From assembly GCF_004010195.1 (NCBI RefSeq), contig NC_057719.1, forward strand, positions 37,816,547-37,880,546: a DNA stretch of 64,000 bases. Direction: 5' to 3'. This document shows, piece by piece, positions 25,225 to 38,758 of this stretch. Under the pieces are notes generated by a model that was not told the origin of the DNA, ran no database searches, and was given only the letters and a program-made list of their open reading frames with translations. The first letter of the stretch is position 1; each line of letters opens with the position of its first letter. Made by a program: the position numbers and the translations under genes. This DNA is from Chiloscyllium plagiosum. Taxonomy: Eukaryota.

Positions 25225-26034
25225 GTAAAACTTTAACTGTTCTCGTTGATTAATCTCTAAATGTTTATATTGGGTGTCAAAAATGCTGATCTAAACCTTG
25301 TGGCTAGTGGTTTTATAAATAATGTAGTGTGGAGCATTTACAGTGCACACATACAGACATGTTTTAAAAAGGCTGTTTTAAATGGCTTTAAGGTAGGCCA
25401 TCTATGTAATAAATGTGGCTATAAATGGTAAGAATTTTAAGATCTGTGACCATCTTAAATAAGACTTCCTGTAAGGTGATTGCTGGGAGATATGCAACTT
25501 ATATTAAATGTTCTACTGACAATTTCCACCATGAAAATAAGTCTGATGGAGTTTCTTAGTGTTAATGAATTTGATAGTGAGATATGTTTCTTTCATTTCT
25601 AGATATTCTAATCTGCGAAAATAGCAAACGTGAAATTTCATAACATTATTATCCACTATTGTTATGAAGCATTTGCTGAACTGACTTTGCACAGTTATAT
25701 GCATTTGCACTTGTTGTAAAACTGGGTTGATCTCCATCCTTATTTTATTTACTATTAGAATTGCACTGTAAACATTTTAACAAGAGCTGTCAGTATTTCA
25801 GTGCACTAAAGAAATATTGTGGTTAGATATACTGTGTAGATTAAAGTCTTCCCCGCTTTGGCTTGATTTTACAGTCAGACCTTGAGGAAAGCTGCCCAGA
25901 AAAATCTAGTTATCCCTGAAGCATAGATTTCTGCTATTGTGATGTAACAGGCAGCAGACAGACTAAACTTCTTTGAGCCCACCTATCCATAATATTCACA
26001 GTTCTCAATATAATTCTGATTCTGGCACCAACTA

Positions 26035-26241
26035 CAGTCAGTTCTTCTATAATGCAGTGGTTGCATTCTTGTGCAACCCCACATTATAGAAAAATCGCAC
26101 TTTAGAAACAGCGCTTGAAGTGTTGACAATGTAATCATGTTACAGCCAATACAGGTTTTAAAAGTTTGCGCAGTAGGAATAGCGTCCCCAATTCATCAAT
26201 CATGAATTCATGTTGACGAAACGCGCACTACAACAACCTGT
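26035..26241. mobile_element. Probable Tc1/mariner (Tigger-like) MITE
   Basis: TA-CAGTCAGTTCTTCTATAA start, internal inverted sub-repeats, degenerate ..acctgtg end. Confidence 0.45.
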
Positions 26242-28204
26242 GCAGGGGATCACTGATATCCAACAATAATAATGTTATCAAGCAGACTAAGAGATCAGTC
26301 ATATTTAAGAAATCTCAGACGACCAGAAAATAAAGTGCCCTGATTATGCTTCACTATTTGATCCTTTTATAGCAAGTGAAATGAAGATTATACAAATATT
26401 TATTACATTAACCCAGAAACGTACACAGAGAAAAATTTAGAAAAATACATTTTATTAAAAATTTATGAAATTCTCATCGTGGAGAAATAAGGTCCATTAA
26501 TATAAGGCAAAACATAAAATTACTTTTTCAAGGTTGGAGATATCTTTATGTGAACTGTCAATAATGAGCATGTGCCTACTAGCTGGTTCTGGTCAGTCAC
26601 CTATTTAAATGAACAGAAACAGGGCAGCAATCTTTATATTTACTTAATGCTGGCTCTGGGGTCCAGCTTCAAGTTCTTCTTTTTCAATGAATGTGAATGA
26701 TTGGCAGAGGAAACAGATATGCACAAATGACAGAATTTTTTAGAGTAACTAATAAACAAATTTGGGAAACTGACCATTTTTATCGTCAGTAGGATATTTT
26801 GCCACATTATTTGGGTAATGTCCTGAAGATTAATTCCTGAAAACAGTAAGAAGATTAACAAACCCAGAGTTTAGCAGTAAAGAAACAGAGTTGTGGCTGA
26901 GTTAAGAACCAATTTAAATATTGAGCAAAGAGGAAAACAGACTCCAAAGGACAACAAAATAGGCAGTGCAAAGGACCAGCCAGGACCAGCCAGTCCAACT
27001 CCCTGGACTGAGTCAGCGTGAGGAGCTGGAAGGGAATTCAAGAGCGGGGTAGCTGGTACGTTGACTGAGAAGACAATGGCATTGTTGGTAGACTATTAAT
27101 TCAGAAACTTGTGTAATACTCTGGGGAGCCAGCATTGAATCTCAACATGGTGGAGTTTGAATTTCAACAATAATCTGGAATTGAAAGTCAAAAGATAGCT
27201 GTTAAACCATTGTCAATTGTTGGAAAAACCCATCTAGTTCACTTGTATACACACCGTACAACCCCCCAAAAAAGATTTACTGATCCTTTCTGTCAACCCA
27301 GCAAATGCATAAGGCCAGGACCTGTGAACTTTCCCATAATTGTCCTGTAGGAGGAGCAAAAGCAACCCACTGCAAACTGTAGTGATGAAGGAATTGCCCA
27401 GAGCTGTCCTTCGCTTTCCTTGACCGCATGCTTCACTCACTAAGTTGGCACTGGTTCTCATTGCAACACTGAAGACGGCTCTGAGATCTGGAGCCATGGA
27501 CAGCCTGACTCATTTACATTGCATAAATTTCATCACAATACCTAAACATATTGTTTGTTGTTCAAAAGTGTAATTGCATGAAGATATTCCCTGATTTTGG
27601 TTGAGCTGACTGACGTGATGCTAAAAGACCGCCCAATCTTATCTTGACCCCTTGAGAAACTACGTAAATGTAATTAATTGCTCCACTCCAGGGAGTTGAT
27701 GCAACCTCAATTTCATGAAACTCTGAAATGCAATTTGAATAAAACAAGAATCAGACCTGGCATTATTCCTTTCTTAGTGCTTCTGAGCATTAACACCTTG
27801 CATTATCACTAATGTTCTGATGGGTCTTTGATCCTCTTTTCTTCTCTATCTTACCCAGAAACTAATTAACTTAAAAATATGTGTTGTGTCTGAAATGTGA
27901 CAGATCAGAATTTATCGATGATAAATGGAAAGAATAAGAAAGAAGGTAGCATTGAATCTCCCCTACATTGATTCAGCAGTAAAAACCAAAGGGAACATTT
28001 TAATTCCCTGCCAGAATTTTGTCAAATTTTCATTCAAAACAGTCTATTTGAAAGTCTCTGTCAGAGACCAAACTAGTATTTAACTGCTAGCTCTCATTTA
28101 CATTCCACTTACCAGCTGCCTGTCTGAAAAGGGTATACACTTCAGGTAATTAGTCAGTCTGTGCTTACAAGAGCGATCATGCACTGAATTTTATGACATG
28201 CAAC

Positions 28205-28760
28205 TCACTTCCTAAGTCCTCAAACATGTCCACCCACAAGGCGGAAGTCAGGAATGCGATGGATAGCTTTCTCTTTGACTTAATGAGTGCAGCTAAGAAG
28301 GTCAACACCATCCAGATCGAAGCAACCCATTTGATTGGCAACCCATACAACTCCTTCAACATTCACCTCCTTCAACAGCACACAGTGGCAGCAGTGTGTA
28401 CCACCAATGAGATACACCACAATAACTCACCAAGCCTCCTTCAATACTTGCTAAACCTTTGCCCTCTACCACCAAAAATGATGAGTACAGCAGTCTCATG
28501 GAAACACAGCCACCTCCATGTGCCCCTCCAAGAAATGCTCTTTCCTGCTTTGGAAATAGATTGTCATTCCTTCATTATCACTAATTAAGATTCTGGAATT
28601 CTCTTTGTAACAGCATTATGGGTATCCCTACACCACATGGTCTGCAGTCATTCAAGAAGGTAGTTCACCACGATCTTCTCTAAGGCAATTATTGAAGGGC
28701 AATAAATGTTGGTCTAGTCGGCAAAGCAAAATGTCCCATGACAGAACTGTTTAAAAAAAA
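28205..28760 (+). mobile_element. LINE family B 3' fragment
   Basis: Homologous to 22280-22805, with the same gggcaataaatg tail. Confidence 0.75.
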
Positions 28761-28810
28761 TCTAGAAGGACAGGTGTAGCAGGCATATTACAACACCTTT
28801 CTCTGCAATT

Positions 28811-29238
28811 CATAGAACATAGAACATAGAAGAATACAGCGCAGTACAGGCCCTTCGGCCCTCGATGTTGCGCCGATCCAAGCCCACCTAACCTACACTA
28901 GCCCACTATCCTCCATATACCTATCCAATGCCCGCTTAAATGCCCATAATTCTTTTCTCCAATGAAAACAACTCCAAGTGCCTCAGCCTTTCCTCATACG
29001 ATCTTTCTACCATACCAGGCAACATCCTGGTAAACCTCCTCTGCACCCGTTCCAGTGCCTCCACATCCTTCCTATAGTATGGCGACCAAAACTGCACACA
29101 ATACTCCAGATGTGGCCGCACCAGAGTCTTATACAACTGCAACATGACCTCAGTACTCCGGAACTCAATTCCTCTACCAATAAAAGCCAGTATGCCATAT
29201 GCCTTCTTCACCGCACTATTTACCTGGGTGGCAACTTC
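28811..29238 (-). mobile_element. Young CR1 3' fragment with an internal deletion
   Basis: LYKTLVRPHLEYCVQFWSPYYRKD joined directly to the 3' end; (catagaa)n tail. Confidence 0.9.
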
Positions 29239-29816
29239 ACCAAGTCACAACCATCCTGACTTGAAAGTGTATAGATGTTTAGAGGAATAAGCATTCATAG
29301 TTCTGTAGTACTGATTGTGTACATTAACAAATATTTTGTGTCTGTTGAATAAATTTTATTTTGATAAACTCATAATTGTGTTTAGTAAGAATACTGGTTA
29401 ACGGAACTTCGTTTAAAACTTGATATAGACGATGTATTTAATTACTTATCTTACTAATTAGGAGAATTTTTTTAAATTTTGATTTGGATGTGAAGTGGTG
29501 GGACCAGAGCAATAATGCACTCTTCCAACCTTACTTAACGGCATCAAGTGTTAAAGTACTGGGGTGTTGAAATATACTCTGAATACATTATATAATGTTT
29601 TTAGTTAAACTCTTCGTCTCGTGTATTATTGGTAGAAACTGGATATTAAATCTCTATTTATGGATTGGGGCACCATGAAATTGCTTTTTTGATACTTCGT
29701 TAAACAACTTTGTTATTTGAGTTCTTTCCTAGCAAAATGTACATTTCAAAAGTTGTTATTTTTTAACAGAGAAATTTGGGTTATTGTTCTTTTTTAAAAG
29801 GCATTTTGTATTGTAG

Positions 29817-30057
29817 GTGAGCGTTACAGATTATGTGGTCTTCGATCAGTGCAACATCTTCCAAACAATAATCCATGCAACACATACTGTTGCCACAGTT
29901 GCTCATGCTCCAGTAGAAAAAGTAGCAGACAAGCTGCGAGGTGCCTTATGGTCGCAACAGCCTCCATCTCAGCCAAGTCTCATCAGTGTTAACAGCAGTG
30001 GTGTGTGGATTACCTCAGGGAAAAATGAGTTGCACGTGGCAAAGGGAAATCTACTAG
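29817..30057 (+). CDS. TECPR2: TECPR2 exon G (241 nt)
   Basis: Acceptor ttgtag|GTG, donor CTAG|gtttgt. Translates VSVTDYVVFDQCNIFQTIIHATHTVATVAHAPVEKVADKLR...GVWITSGKNELHVAKGNLL. Confidence 0.96.
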
Positions 30058-32676
30058 GTTTGTCATAATTTTGAATTGTAAATTAATTTTTTTATTGTTT
30101 CTCTATGATTTGTGGCCATATTTAAGAAAATAAAGTTTTGAATGTTGTCTTAAGTTTTATATTGTTGATCCTATTGTTTCACTGACTTGGGCATCCGTCA
30201 AATTTCAGTGCGATGTATTTTTGTTAACTAATAGGACAGCAGTAACCTTTCTCTGGCTCAGCTAAGGTCAATTATGCAAGCTATTGGAAGGTGCACATCA
30301 CTTCTGTGTAAACAGTACTGCAATTCGTTGTCACTGTTCTGAATTCTAACTTATCTACTGCTTCTCATCATAAAATATGGGATAAAAACATTTTTGTGCA
30401 ATGCATGTCCTTTACTGAAGAGTTAATACCCACTGTTTTCTTTCTACAAGCTACATCAGAAAATATATCTGGAAAATAGTATTCAATTTATCTGGCTTAT
30501 CTAACTGTCTAGCAAAAGTATTGAGTAAAGTCAACCAGAGAAATCAATGCAATTTGACACTGTCTTAAATGTTTTAACAGTATCTGAGAATTAAAATGGA
30601 ATGGTTGTTTTCTTCTAAACTCTTTGAAAAAGTTTTGAGTATCAGAAAATGCATCCTTGTTATTGAATGTGTAAATTAATTTATGTTTTGACTGTTACAA
30701 CCAGCTGAGGAGGGGTACTTAGCTCCTCTCTTGCCAACTGACTCTTGATCGGTTGCAATAAGTATTTTTATTTCTTTTTTCGCATGCAGCTGTCACACTT
30801 CAACTAAAATGTAACTAACTAATCAAAATAAAGGAGACAAATTAATTATAAGGCTTTCTTGAATGAAAAAAAAATGAAATTTTCTTCCAAAGTAGGGCTG
30901 TGGGAGTGTGAGGTGGAATGTCTATGGGGACAGGGTGGTAAAAGTAGTAGCAGTGCCAAGTTTTTAAAAGTGCTCAAAGTGTTAGATTTTAAACCTGGGT
31001 TCTGACTTTTAGCAGTTGTTTTGTTTCTTCAGCCATTGGCATAGTTTGGAAATCTTAAGCTGTCAGTGAATGTTATTGGTCCAAATTCCTTTTTTCACTG
31101 GGCACCAGAAAAACCAGAGCGAGAATGGCGGAGAGTCCATCTTCCAGTTCTCACTCACAAAACCATTTTAGTCTGGTCTCATCCTTAGCTGCCCAGAAGT
31201 AATTGGTGATATGGTCCATTTGTATATTCCTGAATATGCTCATTTTTTTCCCAAAATTGCCTCTGCCAGCAGCCTTTCATCTCAATATGCAACTTCCTGC
31301 AAGTTGCAAATCAACCGGGAGATACAGATCTGAGATTCAGTACCATTTTATAACAATGTTAACTATGGTTTTGACTGGCATGTATTTATTGATTTCATGA
31401 GTTTGGTTCAAACTGGTCAGGTGATTACAGCAGCCATTTGGGTCCACGTTTGTGCCTGAAGGTATCAGATTTTAAGATAAGATGATGGAATGTCAATGTT
31501 GATAATCCATTTCACTACAATTTTAACAAATTCATAGCTGTTTCTTATTATAATGTTCCGTGTAGTCAGTAATTTTGTTCATTGTGATTATTGCATCGGA
31601 TTAAAATACAGTAAAGCCCTGGTATTTGCAAGGGAATACATTCCCAGAAAAACCCTGAAGTAATACAACTGCAAATGGCACGCAAGTTTTATAATTAGAG
31701 TTAAGTAGATCAGTTCCCAAAATTTTGATATCAACAAACGTTTGTTTCTTTAAATAAAGATTATATTAATGGAGAACTTTAACAATTTCAAATATCAGTC
31801 TCAGCTGTAGGTTCAATGCAAACTTCTAATAAATGCCACGCCGATTGGATAACCTCACTTTGAACAGAAACAGTTAAGAGATTTGTTATTTTATCCAAAT
31901 GCAGTTTTAAAAAAAAATCTAATGGAAAATTCTTATTTTCCTCATTCTCCCAGTTAATAGAAGCAATCTGATTCTGAATCACTGTGGGGATGAGGAGGCC
32001 AAAATAATTGTTCAGTCCCAGAATGCATGTTTTCAAATGAAGCGGACATTTTTGATATAAAATTAATTCACCTTAACAGAAAACGTTAGTTTTAGTTGGA
32101 AGGCAACAAATGATTGTAAGATTGAGACCAAGTGCGTCATGATCAACATTAGAGACTGAAGATTGAAATGTAGATCATTTGTGATGTGATGTTGTATAGA
32201 TTTGCAAATGACACTGTCCAAGGTGCAGTTATATGGTGTATTTTAGTCTGGGAGCAAAGATCAATTGGCGTTGCATCTGACAAAAAAAAAGTCATTTTTT
32301 TATCATGACATGTCTCATTAAATCTTGTGGATGTAGTGTATCCTGTGACAACTGTGGTTAAGCGAACATTAATGATGTAATGGAGTACAGTGCACAGAAT
32401 GCTTCGCACAGTGAAGCGAATCCTCAAATGGTAGACTTTGTTGTGTTTGATCTCTGTATTAATTTAGACTGTGAGGCAATTAAAGTGGGAATGTTCTAAA
32501 CTCTATTTTTGAGGTGTTAATAATCATAACTAAAGAATATGTTATCGTCCAGTACTTACCCTTAAGCTGAGCTGCTATGTCAACATATTTTTACTTTTGT
32601 CTGTTAACACTGTGAGCTGAGTTTAACCTCTCCATGTTAGTAAGCTATTAAAATATTATTCTGTTTACTTCTATAG

Positions 32677-32766
32677 CAACATATTGGAAGACAATTGTAC
32701 CTCGAGGAACTGTATCAGCTACAAAATGGGCTTTTGTCCTGGCTTCCATGTCTCCTACTAAAAAAG
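32677..32766 (+). CDS. TECPR2: TECPR2 exon H (90 nt)
   Basis: Acceptor ttctatag|CA, donor AAAG|gttagt. Translates (A)TYWKTIVPRGTVSATKWAFVLASMSPTKK. Confidence 0.94.
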
Positions 32767-32954
32767 GTTAGTCTCTGCCACATGTAACTGTGTTAATAGT
32801 TCTTGCACTTGCATCTACTTTATATTGTAACTTTCACAGAGGCAAAAGCAACTTCTTGGCTATATTGGGTTCAAGAGCATAAGACTGCTTCTGTGTTCCA
32901 CAGCTTGCCAAGTAGTTCCAGAATTTCCTTAATGTGTCTGAATACGTAGAACCT

Positions 32955-33300
32955 ATCGAATCCCTAGAGTGTGGAAACAGACCATTTGGCCCAACAAGTC
33001 CACACCGACCCTCCGAAGAGTAACCCACCCAGACCCATTTTCCCTACCACTCTATGTTTATGCCTGACTAATGCACCCAACCCACACATCCCCAAACACG
33101 CTAGGCAATTTAACATGGCCAATTTACCTAACCTGCACACCTTTGGATTGTGGGAGGAAAACAGTGCACCTGGAGGCAACCCATGCAGACATGATGAGGG
33201 CATGCAAACTCCACACTGACAACCGCCCGAGGCTGGAATTGAACCCAGGTCCCTAGTGCTGTGATGCAGCAGTGCTGACCACTGAGCCACTGTGCCGCCC
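32955..33300 (-). mobile_element. HE1/V-SINE-type SINE
   Basis: Full reverse-complement similarity to 631-946. Confidence 0.88.
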
Positions 33301-33609
33301 TAAGTGCTGACTTGCTTACAAGCGTAGTTACTGAGACAAGAAAAAGCTTAGAAAGGGAAAAATAGAAAGTTGAAAGGACAAAAATCTTGAAATGCACAGA
33401 TCTGTTACTATCTGTAAGGAGTAAAGATGGGTTATCATTTTTTATGCAGGTTCTTCATCAGAATTGGCAAGTCACCACCCTCTTTAAAGGATGCAGCAGA
33501 AATTTGGAAGGCGAAGGGGACAAATTAAATGACAGTGGGTTTAATTCTGAGCTCTGAGTTCAATTCCAGATCAGAATAATGAATGAATAGCTGCTTTAAC
33601 TGCTGGCCA

Positions 33610-34310
33610 TGTTTACTCATGGGATGTTAGGCCTCTCTCACTGTGCCTGCATTAATTGTTAGTCCATAATTGCCCTTAAACTAAGTTTCATACTGGGCTA
33701 TTATAGATGGAAGATAAGAGTCAGCTACATTGCAGTGGGTTTAGAGTCATGTATGCCAGACCAGATATGGAAAGTAGGTTTCCTTCCCCAAAGGACATTA
33801 ATGAAATAAATGGGGTATTTATAACTGTGGACAATATATACATGTTTGCCATTTTACCAGCTGTTAATTTTAGATTTTTGCTGAATTCTAATTTCAGCAT
33901 CTGCCATAGGAATGGGACTTATATTTCCGCAATCTTCTTCATGGATTCTGGATTATTAGCCTAGTGACATTACCCCTATGCCTACCGTGTCCCCAATAAT
34001 TTCTTTGAGACGTTTTCACAGTTTAATATAACTGAGTGATTTTTAAGCCATCTCCGAGGGCAGTTGAGAGTCAATTGCTGTGCATTTATAGTTGCATGTA
34101 GGTCAACTTCCTCCCCTAATGGACATTAGTGTTTTTACCCATTAGTGAACTAGATGTGCTGTTTTAGGATAGCTGACAGTGCTTTTGTCATTAAACTTCT
34201 AATGCAATTTTTACAATTTCTAGTTTCACTTTCTGCCAATGGTGGAATTCAAACATCAGACTCAGACTATAGCCTGGGTTTCTGGATTATGCAACAATAC
34301 CACTGGGCAT
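33610..34310 (-). mobile_element. Two decayed family B SINE-like copies
   Basis: Reverse-complement similarity to 9272-9545 at about 33610-33990 and 34030-34310. Confidence 0.55.
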
Positions 34311-35552
34311 CATTTCACTTGAAATGTAATCATTTATCTTTGACTTGGCTTAACATATAAACAATGGCCTGAAATTGCTACCACTTGGCTATGTCATTTG
34401 CAAGCCAAAAGAGGTTTCTATGAGAAGTAGGAAAAAAGATCTCACACTGATCTGAGAATGGGGCTTTTTTGAGAGTTGGCGCTAAGACAGTGTAAAAGTT
34501 GGTAATTTTTCTTGGATCGTTGGAAAAATTAGATAGAAACCATGTTGGAGATGTTTGTGCATGATTTCAGCTACATGCTGTTTTTTTCTAATACGGAGAC
34601 TTCTTTCCCCAGCCCCAACACTGAAGTAAAAGAAAATGATAGTTGGGAGTAGGAAACAAAAGTGAGGCTGCAGGGAAACCATAGTTACTGTAACTGTTAT
34701 GAGAATAAAGTTATTAAGTAACTCAGTTTATTGTAAGATTTTCAAAAGTAAGAAAAGGGTAAACAAAGGCCTGGATAACGTTAAATAACCATCACAGTTG
34801 CGAAAGAACTAACTCCCCTTAGGTGTCCTACATTCTTATGGATCCTGTCAATTTACATAAAATGATACATCATAGACACGAGAACATCATACAATTTGCT
34901 ATCATTTATGAATAGTTTAGCACCAGTGGATGTAAAACTGATCCCTGAAGAGGTTCACCAAATTTGCAAATGACAGCGGTGTAGTCCAACTTCCCAGGTG
35001 GTGTTTAGGACTGACAAAAATATATTTTTTAAATCATCAGAGAATTTACCATTAGTTCCATGAACCTCAAGTTTTCTTGAATATTTGAGTAACGTAACTC
35101 CATCATTTAGCTGTTATCTACAAAACTGGTAACTTCAAAGCTTTCCAAAACATGATTTATTGCTTCTAAAATCAAGAGTTAAAGCAGGTCATAAAATTGC
35201 TGACACAAAATATTTTCATTTCCTCAAAAAATCTTTGCATTCTATCAGTATTTATAAGCACTTCTAACTAGTGCTACAGAAAGGAAAGATTTTGTACCTG
35301 CATAAAACTTAATGTAAATTGAAGGTACCAGATAGAATGAAAACCTGAGTACACTTTCCCATGGAGCTTTCTCCTAGGCAGCATATGGAATGATTGGCTA
35401 AATGCAGGAGTTAAGAATCTGAATTAGCAGTCCCTTGTCGACACAGGTGTGCTACAGCATGCATTAGGCTGCAAAACCTATTGCCTTTCAGTGCCCTTCT
35501 CTTATTCCTTTAAAGTTTTACCACTGGAATAAAGAGACTTGGTGTACAGGTC

Positions 35553-36385
35553 AGTCATAGAGTCATAGAGATGTGCAGCATGGAAACAGACCCTTCGATT
35601 CAACCCGTCCATGCCGACCAGATATCCCAACCCAATCTAATCCCACCTGCCAGCACCTGGCCCATATCCTTCCAAACCCTTCCTATTCATATACCCATCC
35701 AAATGCCTTTTAAATATTGCAGTTGTACCAGCTTCCACCACATCCTCTGGCAGCTCATTCCATACACGTACCACCCTCTGCATGAAAATGTTGCGCCTTA
35801 GGTCTCTTTTATATCTTTCCCCTCTCACCCTAAACCTATGCCCTCTAGTTCTGGACTCCCCGACCCCAGGGAAAAGACTTTGCCTATTTACCCTATCCAT
35901 GTCCCTCACGAATTTGTAAACCTCTATAAGGTCACCCTTCAGCCTTTGATGCTCCAGGGAAAACAGCCCCAGCCTGTTCAGTCTTCCCCTACAGCTTAAA
36001 TCCTCCAACCCTGGCAACATCCTTGTAAAACTTTCCTGAACCCTTTCAAGTTTCACAATATCTTTCCGATAGGAAGGAGACCAGAATTGCACGCAATATT
36101 CCAACAGTGGCCTAACCAATATCCTGTACAGCCGCAACATGACCTCCCAACTCCTGTACTCAATACTCTGACCAATAAAGGCAAGCATATCAAACGCCTT
36201 CTTCACTATCCTATCTACCTGCGACAAAGCTTTCAAGGAGCTATGAACCTGAACTCCAAGGTCTCTTTGTTCAGCAACACTCCCTCGGACCTTTACCATT
36301 AAGTGTATAGGTCCTGCTAAGATTTGCTTTCTCAAAATGCAGCACCTCGCATTTATCTGAATTAAACTCCATCTGCCACTTCTCA
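35553..36385 (-). mobile_element. Young CR1 3' portion with a largely open ORF2 C-terminus
   Basis: ORF 35637-36386 contains RDLGVQVHSSLK, LLEYCVQFWSP and QRVVRVWNELP; (agagtcat)n tail. Confidence 0.95.
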
Positions 36386-36843
36386 TGATCTAATAAATGA
36401 TGGATTAAGCTCAGCGGGTTGAATGACTGATTCCTGTTGCTATACTTTTAAAAGCTATTTTCTTTCTTAGAATTAACTCTGCCCCTCTGTTGTTCCATTG
36501 GCTGTGATGAGAATTATTAACCTGCTGTATTGCAGCATTTAGTCTTTTCGTATTAAAAATTATTACATTCTAAAGTAACATGACAAAAAACAATTAACTT
36601 TTAAAATGTTTGTTTCAAAATAATTTGTGTTACACAAACAAATTATAGTTTATGAAAAGACTGCTAAATTATGGTCTGTTTCTTCCTTTACTATTTGTCT
36701 TGATAGGTCCATTTGTTTTACAACCTCCTTCTATGGAAATCTCCCAGGTGACTTTTTGTCTGCATCTGAGCTTATTGGAAATTTGGTTAATTTGCTATTG
36801 AAATAATGAACATTAGTTTCCTCTGTCATTTTATCTTCCAAAG

Positions 36844-37077
36844 GAAGCTTTCTGTGGCTGGGACAAAGCAACAAGGACCTCTTCTGCATCAGTGACCAAA
36901 ATCCTGAGTTTCGCCCCTCAACTGTACAGTTACCTCCTGATGTAGAGATGGTGCAGATTTCTGCTAGCCATGACGCAGTCTGGGGTCTGGACTTGCAGGG
37001 CAATATTCACATTAGGACATTGTCAGAAAACTGCCCAAGTGGGATGCACTGGACCAAACTGGATCTTACACAGTTAG
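36844..37077 (+). CDS. TECPR2: TECPR2 exon I (234 nt)
   Basis: Acceptor tcttccaaag|GA, donor TTAG|gtaaga. Translates (G)SFLWLGQSNKDLFCISDQNPEFRPSTVQLPPDVEMVQISASHDAVWGLDLQGNIHIRTLSENCPSGMHWTKLDLTQL. Confidence 0.95.
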
Positions 37078-37537
37078 GTAAGATTTTTGTTTTAAATACC
37101 ATCATGTTACAAGAAGCTCTTTATTTTCTGAATAGTGCACATACGTTGGCTATGTCCAAATGTATTTACTCCATCTTTCTCCTATCTGCACATTCAGTAC
37201 GTTGAGAAGATGTTTCTACTCTTTACGTCGATGTTTTTCTAGTTTTTCTGAAACTGTTGAGTCATATCAAGCTCAAGACATTGCCTTCACCCCCACTCAC
37301 TGTGTGAGTCCAATTGACTGTGTGGCCTGCCTTGGGCCAGGATTTGGGATGTCTGCTCAGTGCTGAGTAGGACTTTGGAGTAGGAGAGGAAGAATATAGT
37401 TGTCATAGTCCAGTTAGTAACGACAACGGAGGAAGTTCTACATAGAGTGTATGCGGAGCTAAGTACAAAATTATGAAGCAGCATATTAAAGGTCATAATA
37501 TTTGCATTATTACCTGAACCATATGCAAATTGACACA

Positions 37538-38758
37538 GTCATAGATGTCATAGAAACATACAGAACAGAAACAAAGCCTTTGGTCCAAACTGTCCGTGCT
37601 GACCAGATATCCTAAATTAATCTAGTTACATTTACCAGCATTTGGCCCATACCGCTCCAAACCCTTCCTATTCATATACCCATCTAGATGTCTTTTAACT
37701 GTTGTAATTGTACCAACCTCCACCACTTCCTCTGGCAGCAAATTCCATACATGTACCATCCTTTGTGTGAAAATGTTGCCCCTTAGGTCTCTTTTATATC
37801 ATTCCCCTCTCACCCTAAACCTATGCCCTCTAGTTCTGGACTGCCCCACCCCAGGGAAAAGATCTTGTCTATTTACCCTATCCATGCCCCACATGATTTT
37901 ATAAACCTCTATGAAGTCACAACTCAGACTCCGATGCTCCAGGGAAAATAACCCCCACATATTCAGCCTCTCCCTATAGCTCAAACTGTCCATCCCTGGC
38001 AACATTCTTGTAAATCTTCTCTGAACCCTTTCTAGTTTCACAATATTCTTCCTATAGCAGAGAGACCAGAATTGAATGCAATAAGCAATGTCCTGTACAG
38101 GTGCAACATGACCTCCCAACTCCTGTACTCAATGTACTGACCAATAAAGGCAAGCATACCAAACACCACCTCCACTGTCCTATCAACCTGCAACTCCACT
38201 GTCAAGGAACTATGAACTTGTACTCCAAGGTGTCTTTGTTCGGTAATACTCCCCAGGACCTTACCATTAAATATATAAGTCCTGCCCTGATTGGCCTCTC
38301 CAAAATGCAGCATTTCCCATTTATCCAAATTAAACCCCATCTGCCACTCCCCAGCCTACTGGCCCATCTGATCAAGATCCTGTTGTACCCTGAGGTAACC
38401 TCCTTTGATGTTCACTACACCTCCAATTTTGGTGCTATCTGCAAACTTACTAAACTATGTTCGCATCCAAATCATTTCTATAAATGATGAAAAACAGTGG
38501 ACCCAGCACCGATCCTTGTGGCACACTGCTCGTCACAGGACTCCAGTTTGAAAAACAACCCTCCTTCACCACCCTCTGTCTTCTACCTTTGAGCCAGTTC
38601 TATCTCCAAATGCCTACTTCTCTCTGTATTTCTAACCTTGCTAACCAGCCTCCCATGAAGAACTTTGTCGAATGCCTTATTGAAGTCCATATAGATCACG
38701 TCCACTGCTCTGTCTTCATCAATCCTCTTTGTTACTTTTTCAAAAAACTCAATCAAGT
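37538..38758 (-). mobile_element. CR1 RT plus 3' portion
   Basis: NLIEFFEKVTKRIDEDRAVDVIYMDFNKAFDKV, continuing to the 3' UTR. Confidence 0.92.

Noticed and set aside
30693..31355. TGTTA...TAACA-bounded 663-bp segment resembling a solo LTR (similar-looking stretches at about 16545-17225 and 29290-29540)
   Set aside because: The flanks (tgac/atgt) are not a TSD and there is no clear second copy; it needs a repeat-library search.
31609..32445. TA-CAGTAAAGCCC start suggesting a Tigger-like DNA transposon
   Set aside because: The right terminal repeat is too degenerate and I recognised no transposase motif.
35637..36386. 249-aa ORF as a host gene or active LINE
   Set aside because: It is a 5'-truncated CR1 ORF2 C-terminus lacking the APE and RT core.
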